Source of the DNA: an uncultured bacterium
GTDB taxonomy: Bacteria > Acidobacteriota > Thermoanaerobaculia > Multivoradales > JAHZIX01
Reading direction: 5' to 3'
DNA length: 12,093 nt
NCBI GenBank assembly: GCA_965368975.1
Contig: CBDUPA010000051.1
Coordinates: 1-12,093, forward strand
Position numbers and translations under genes: made by a program. The notes under the pieces are model-generated. The model was not told the DNA's origin. It worked only from the letters and a program-made list of their open reading frames with translations, and made no database searches. The number at the start of each line of letters is the position of its first letter. The stretch's first letter is position 1. Below are positions 7,833 to 12,093 of the stretch, one piece after another.

Positions 7833-8200
7833 TTTTAGCTAGAAATAAGGATCAACTGGCAGGGTATTGTCACGTTGAGCGCTGTGCGGAAAGGCTTCGC
7901 CCGTGTCTCGGCCATCCTCTTGACCTGCACCCCGAAAACTGGTCCAGCTAGAACGAGAGAATCTCAATTTCTGAGGTACTCCCGATTTCTGGTTTCTCCT
8001 TGTAGCCAACGGTAGCAAGAGGAGCAAGTCCAGGCGGGACCAGGGCGGGGCAGGTGGGTCCATTTTAGGGTCCCGCAGGACGTTAATTTACCGCAGCCCC
8101 CTGACAGCCACTGAAACGCTCCAAGCCGAATCATTTCAGTACTTACCGGCGGGGTATGTGACCTACTGCAAGCCGGCCAAACCTCATGCAAGCCTTCGCT

Positions 8201-8221
8201 TAACTGATTCGTAATCAGTTA
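8201..8221. promoter_or_regulatory. Perfect inverted repeat TAACTGATT-CGT-AATCAGTTA, putative protein-binding site
   Basis: 9-bp perfect arms with a 3-bp spacer, AT-rich, in the non-coding gap between convergent genes. Confidence 0.5.
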
Positions 8222-8426
8222 CGTTGGTCAGGTTGGCCCGATTCTTGCTTTGATCCTAACCACTGTGTCCACAACAGTTAGTCTGTTGTAGCTGCTCAGC
8301 GAGTGAGTGGGGATTCATGGTGCGGGACTCCATCGGGGCCTGCTGGCATGCAAGTCAAAGGACTGGGCACGATTGTCCTGGCTCGTCTCGGGTTCTATGG
8401 GCGCCGCTTCTCGGCGTGGTGTCCGG

Positions 8427-8900
8427 TTAGAGGTAGCCTTGGATCGACAGGTTTGGGCTTCGATACCCAGCAGCAACCATCCGGGCCAGGAGGCCATCTG
8501 CTTCGGCGAGCGTCAACTTGTCGGATCTGACTAGGTTGATCAGAGCGCCAAGCGTTCCGGAGATCTTCAAGCCAAGTTTGTGAGCGACCTTCCGTGCGTC
8601 CCGATCATCGGTCACCGCAATGGCGTCGTTGGCCTTCGCTAGAGCTAGGCAAGCGATCTCTCCTCGATCCAAGGGAGGTTGGAGCCGTTCCACTTCCGCT
8701 AGGTGTTCTGGCTCAGGCTCCAGTACAGGAATCTCGCTCCAATCCAAGATTGGAAGAAGCCCGAGGCGTTCGCCTTCTCTCAGTTCCTCCATCACGGCAT
8801 TCGGCATGACCAAGTCAGGGAAGGCTCGCGTCGGAAGATCCGGCCTCTGGACGTGGGCGAAATTGCTCAGGAGGGTGGTGTTCGAGACAGCGCGGATCAT
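8427..8900 (-). CDS. DUF3368-type PIN-domain protein (VapC-like toxin), 157 aa
   Basis: AVSNTTLLSNF, PNAVMEEL, LDRGEIACLALA, AVTDDRDARKVA, GTLGAL motifs. ATGA overlap with the upstream gene at 8897-8900. Confidence 0.9.
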   Translation of the reverse strand: MIRAVSNTTLLSNFAHVQRPDLPTRAFPDLVMPNAVMEELREGERLGLLPILDWSEIPVLEPEPEHLAEVERLQPPLDRGEIACLALAKANDAIAVTDDRDARKVAHKLGLKISGTLGALINLVRSDKLTLAEADGLLARMVAAGYRSPNLSIQGYL

Positions 8901-9298
8901 GAGGCTGTGGCGGCCAATTCCTCAGCTATTGCAATCTCTTCTCTGGCTTCGGCTTCGTCTACAGGCCCTTGGCGCAGGGGGATCTCTAGTCGAAGGAACC
9001 GAGCTTGGAGGTCGAATCTTGAAATTCCGAGCATCTCGGCTGCCTTACCCAGACTTACCTCTTCGTTGAGATAGGCGTGCATTGCGCGACTCTCGAGAGG
9101 GAGTTGACTATTGCCGGGCGACAAACGACTGACCCAACTGGCGATCCCTTGTAGCAGCCGAAAGTCGAGGGGGTCCAGGAGGACGACCTGCTCTTGGCCA
9201 GCCGACTGGAGCACGGCGGGCTGACCGTCTCGGACTTGGGCAACCACATCGGTAGTGTGGCCTTCCAGATCAGATGTCGAGATGGTTCGAAGGGTCAT
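8897..9298 (-). CDS. Putative antitoxin, 133 aa: Phd/YefM-like N-terminus plus UPF0175 HTH domain
   Basis: GGAG RBS before ATG 9298. MTLRTISTSDL...VVAQVRDGQPAVL...VVLL is Phd-like. AYLNEEVSLGKAAEMLGISRFDL is the UPF0175 pattern. Translationally coupled to the PIN gene. Confidence 0.85.
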   Translation of the reverse strand: MTLRTISTSDLEGHTTDVVAQVRDGQPAVLQSAGQEQVVLLDPLDFRLLQGIASWVSRLSPGNSQLPLESRAMHAYLNEEVSLGKAAEMLGISRFDLQARFLRLEIPLRQGPVDEAEAREEIAIAEELAATAS

Positions 9299-9368
9299 GG
9301 CGGTCTCCAGAGAGTGCTGAGAACTAGAAGCACCTAGCCTGTGCTCAGAGGGCTTCGGCTCAGCCTGC

Positions 9369-9396
9369 ATTCTACTCCATGCCACCCGCCGGTCAC
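9369..9396 (-). promoter_or_regulatory. Possible promoter of the TA operon
   Basis: Minus strand GTGACC (9396-9391), 16-bp spacer, TAGAAT (9374-9369), about 70 bp upstream of the antitoxin start. Confidence 0.4.
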
Positions 9397-9557
9397 GTGG
9401 TTGACCATCCGCCTGAGCCCGAGGTATTGGTACCAGCCCATCCGGGTGGCAGCCTGTTCAGCCTTGCTGGCCCAGGCTGCGCCCTTCCAGCAAGACGGCC
9501 CGATCCGGTGTTACGAGCACCGAACCAGGCCTAGCCACTCAAAGGAGGATGAATCCC

Positions 9558-9968
9558 ATGAGTGACCAACCGCAGCATACCAACACGCAGCCTCCGAACT
9601 CCCTGCAATCGCGTCACTGGGAGGCGCACGCCGTCTTCCGCGAGACGTACCTGCACCTCTACCCGGAAGCTCACATCCGCGACGCCTTCCGCCGCGTCGG
9701 CGTCACCCTCTACGACAACGCCTTGCTCCACGAAGAGACGTACCGCGAACGCGGCGAGGTGCCGGTCAAGTCCGACTTGCGCGCCGCGCTCGAAGATCTG
9801 CGCCAGCTTCAGGGCTACATCCACCACCTCGGCGCCGAACCCGGCAGTGTCAACGATGCCGAGATCGTCCAGTTCCAGAGCCTGGCAATCGAGGTCTCCA
9901 ACCAGTTGGCTGCACAAGCGATTCGGCTCGAAGAGAAGCTGGGAACCGCTCCGGACCTGGAGAGCTGA
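9558..9968 (+). CDS. Hypothetical helical protein, 136 aa; first gene of the integrase operon
   Basis: AAGGAGG at 9542-9548 fits ATG 9558 (ATG 9549 is too close). Strong GC3 bias. Next gene starts 3 bp after the stop. Confidence 0.85.
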   Translation: MSDQPQHTNTQPPNSLQSRHWEAHAVFRETYLHLYPEAHIRDAFRRVGVTLYDNALLHEETYRERGEVPVKSDLRAALEDLRQLQGYIHHLGAEPGSVNDAEIVQFQSLAIEVSNQLAAQAIRLEEKLGTAPDLES

Positions 9969-9971
9969 TTG

Positions 9972-10961
9972 ATGCCGGACATGGACACCGGCACCTACGT
10001 CGCACAAGCGGAGCAAGAGCTACAGCGGTGCTGTGAGCGGCTGCTTGGTCGCTTCGGACCAGAGCTTGCGCGACATCCACTCCAAGTCCGCATCGAGGGC
10101 TTGCCCACTAGATCGGAGCGCAGCAAGGACGAGCAGCCTTATCCCATCCGGGTCCCTGCGCATGCACTGGCCGGTTCAAGATCCGAACTCTTGGCGGCGC
10201 TGCTCCATGCGATAGTGCACTGGGTCAACGGACTTCGCGGCCTCAAAGACTGCTGCCATCGCGGGTACCACAGCCGAAGGTTCCGCGATCTTGCGCAGGA
10301 GATTGGCTTCGAGGTGGGGGAGCGGGTCCACCGCTTCGGCTGGGTCGACCTCCGGCCCGGTGCAGAGCTGAAGGCGGAGCTGCAAGAGATCGTGCTCGAT
10401 GAGAGTTCTCTGGCTCCGCTGCTTGCAGCTCTGTCCGCCGACCAAAGAAGGCCTCGACTGTGCCCTGCGAACCTCCTCAAAAGCCAGCCGACGAGCCCAT
10501 ACTGGCGCGCCAAGGAACTGTTGTTGCCGAGGGTGCCACGCTTTCGCGTCGAGCTGGTGCGTGAGGCTAGTGTACCGCTGCACAGCTATCCCCGGGTCCA
10601 GGCTGGAGGTGATGCGGCGGCGCTGCTCTGGCAAGTGCTGCAGGGCTATGACCGCGAGGCTCTGGCTGTACTCTTCCTCGACGCAAACCGCAGAGTGATT
10701 GGCTGGGACGTACCGTACATCGGCATCTTGACGGGAGCCCAAGCCGAGCCCCGGGGGGTCTTCGTGCCGGCTCTGCTGGCCAATGCGCGGGCGGTCGTGG
10801 TGGGGCACAACCACCCGTCTGGCAATCCGAGACCGAGCCGGCAGGATGAGCGGTTCACGTATCGGCTGCGCGAGGCCGGGCGATTCCTGGGTGTCGAGCT
10901 GTACGCATCGCTCACGCTCGCGGGCGCTGGCCAATGGTGCCAAGTGCAGCCGGTGCGGTGA
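9972..10961 (+). CDS. radC: Fusion of an SprT-like (degenerate HAxxH) domain and a RadC-like JAB/MPN domain, 329 aa
   Basis: C-terminal DREALAVLFLDANRRVIG...HNHPSGNPRPSRQD is the RadC JAB motif. N-terminal ALLHAIVHW...GYHSRRFRDLAQEIG resembles SprT-like HExxH...H with E replaced by A. Confidence 0.85.
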   Translation: MPDMDTGTYVAQAEQELQRCCERLLGRFGPELARHPLQVRIEGLPTRSERSKDEQPYPIRVPAHALAGSRSELLAALLHAIVHWVNGLRGLKDCCHRGYHSRRFRDLAQEIGFEVGERVHRFGWVDLRPGAELKAELQEIVLDESSLAPLLAALSADQRRPRLCPANLLKSQPTSPYWRAKELLLPRVPRFRVELVREASVPLHSYPRVQAGGDAAALLWQVLQGYDREALAVLFLDANRRVIGWDVPYIGILTGAQAEPRGVFVPALLANARAVVVGHNHPSGNPRPSRQDERFTYRLREAGRFLGVELYASLTLAGAGQWCQVQPVR

Positions 10962-10971
10962 GGGAGGTGGC

Positions 10972-12051
10972 ATGCCGAAGGCCCACCTGACCCACCGCAT
11001 CATCGACACTTTCGTTGCCGGGCGTTGGATGACCGATTATTGGGACGGACAGTTGCCCGGCTTCGGGGTGCGTGTCTCCAAGAGCGGTCGCAAGACGTTC
11101 ATCGTGCGCTACCAGGGCGCCAACGGCAGCAAGCGACGTCTCAATCTGGGAATGTACCCGGTGATGAGCTTGGCCGAGGCCCGCGACCAAGCGCGCGAGA
11201 AGCTCGCGGCGATCGCACGCGGTGAGGATCCGCAGGTCGAGAAAGTGGCCGAGCGACAGGCGCCGACCTTCGGGGAGCTGTCCGAGATCTACCTGGAGCG
11301 TCACGCCAAGGTGAAGAAGCGCCGCTGGCAGGAAGATGAGCGAAAGCTGCGCGTGGACCTGCTGCCTCACTGGAAGAGTCGCAAGGCCGGGAGCATCGCC
11401 CGCGCCGACGTCACGGAGCTACTGGACGGCATCGTCGCCCGAGGCGCGCCGATCATGGCCAATCGGGTCAAGGCGCTGATCTCGAAGATCTTCAACTTCG
11501 GGATCGGGCGCGGCTTGGTCGAACACAATCCCTGCCTTCTGGTGCCGATGCCGGCACGGGAGCGTCCGCGCGAGCGGGTGCTCAGTGAAGATGAGATCCG
11601 TCGATTGTGGACGCTCCTCGAAGACGAGAATCCGACGATGAGTGCCACCTTCAAGATGCGTCTCCTGACCGCGCAGCGGGGGGTCGAGGTCTTGAAGATG
11701 CGCTGGCGGCACATCGACGGCACCTGGTGGACGATCCCTGCCGAGGTGGCCAAGAACGGCTTGACGCACCGCGTCCCGCTTGCGCCCCAGGTCCTGACAC
11801 TGCTCGACGAGCTACGCCCGCAGACGGGCAAGTCGGCGTGGGTCTTTGCCAGTCCGCGCAAGACCAGCCGTCCTATCGTCTCGGTGCAAAGTGCGGCCGA
11901 ACGTCTCGCCGAGCGGTCCGGCATTGCGTTCACGCCCCATGACCTGCGGCGCACGGCGGCCAGCTTTATGACGTCGATGGGCATCTCGCGCCTGGTCGTC
12001 TCGAAGCTGCTCAACCATGTTGAGAGTGGTGTCACCTCGATCTACCTATGA
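10972..12051 (+). CDS. int: Tyrosine integrase with N-terminal arm-binding domain (P4-like), truncated right after catalytic Tyr358; 359 aa as integrated, 384 aa when rejoined
   Basis: GGGAGGTGG RBS before ATG 10972. Arm domain DYWDGQLPGFGVRVSKSGRKTFIVRY...LGMYPVMSLAEAR. Catalytic TAQR, AKNG, PHDLRRT, LLNH, TSIY. Ends Y-L-stop and lacks the normal C-terminal helix. Confidence 0.95.
   Translation: MPKAHLTHRIIDTFVAGRWMTDYWDGQLPGFGVRVSKSGRKTFIVRYQGANGSKRRLNLGMYPVMSLAEARDQAREKLAAIARGEDPQVEKVAERQAPTFGELSEIYLERHAKVKKRRWQEDERKLRVDLLPHWKSRKAGSIARADVTELLDGIVARGAPIMANRVKALISKIFNFGIGRGLVEHNPCLLVPMPARERPRERVLSEDEIRRLWTLLEDENPTMSATFKMRLLTAQRGVEVLKMRWRHIDGTWWTIPAEVAKNGLTHRVPLAPQVLTLLDELRPQTGKSAWVFASPRKTSRPIVSVQSAAERLAERSGIAFTPHDLRRTAASFMTSMGISRLVVSKLLNHVESGVTSIYL
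12043..12045 (+). repeat. Right junction core TAC (integrase Tyr358 codon)
   Basis: cgatc|TAC|ctatga. Integrase similarity ends here and the same trinucleotide opens the tail at 51-53. Confidence 0.8.
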
Positions 12052-12093
12052 ACGTGTCAACTACTGCGCGGAAGTCTTCATCGGAATTCTTCT

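Larger units (their letters stand above)
51..12045. mobile_element. Integrative element / genomic island (~12 kb) whose att site lies inside its own integrase gene
   Basis: The two parts of one tyrosine integrase ORF sit at opposite ends in permuted order and join in frame at a shared TAC (51-53 and 12043-12045). The interior has a second tyrosine recombinase, a RadC/JAB gene, a TA pair and lower-GC cargo. Confidence 0.9.

Noticed and set aside
10783-10971. N-terminal extension of the integrase ORF in the track
   Set aside because: Overlaps the radC-like gene. RBS and family-like sequence start at ATG 10972.
12053-12062. GTGTCAACT in the right flank resembling the IS6 end at 5324-5332
   Set aside because: Short match without the terminal GG and with too little context.

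Overview
The window holds one apparently complete ~12 kb integrative element (51..12045) with about 50 bp of host DNA on each side. Its arm-domain (P4-like) tyrosine integrase gene appears to be cut by the element's own attachment site, exactly at the catalytic tyrosine codon. The first 358 codons lie at the right end (10972..12045, ...LLNHVESGVTSIY, then host-derived L and stop). The missing 26-aa C-terminal tail lies at the left end (51..134, Y-DRHSYDPEKSDALTRWADRLEQILAG*). The only sequence shared by the two junctions is TAC, so circularisation would rebuild a 384-aa integrase. The circle would also join a GC-rich backbone: hypothetical gene, SprT-like/RadC-JAB fusion, integrase, small putative DNA-binding protein and a second, intact XerC-like recombinase. 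The middle carries lower-GC cargo (secreted protein, membrane protein, decayed nested IS6 with a 180-bp insert, 521-aa unknown protein), a UPF0175/DUF3368-PIN toxin-antitoxin pair, and several repeat- and hairpin-rich non-coding regions. No tRNA target, relaxase, replicase or phage structural gene is visible. All family calls are from motif recognition by eye, not database searches.
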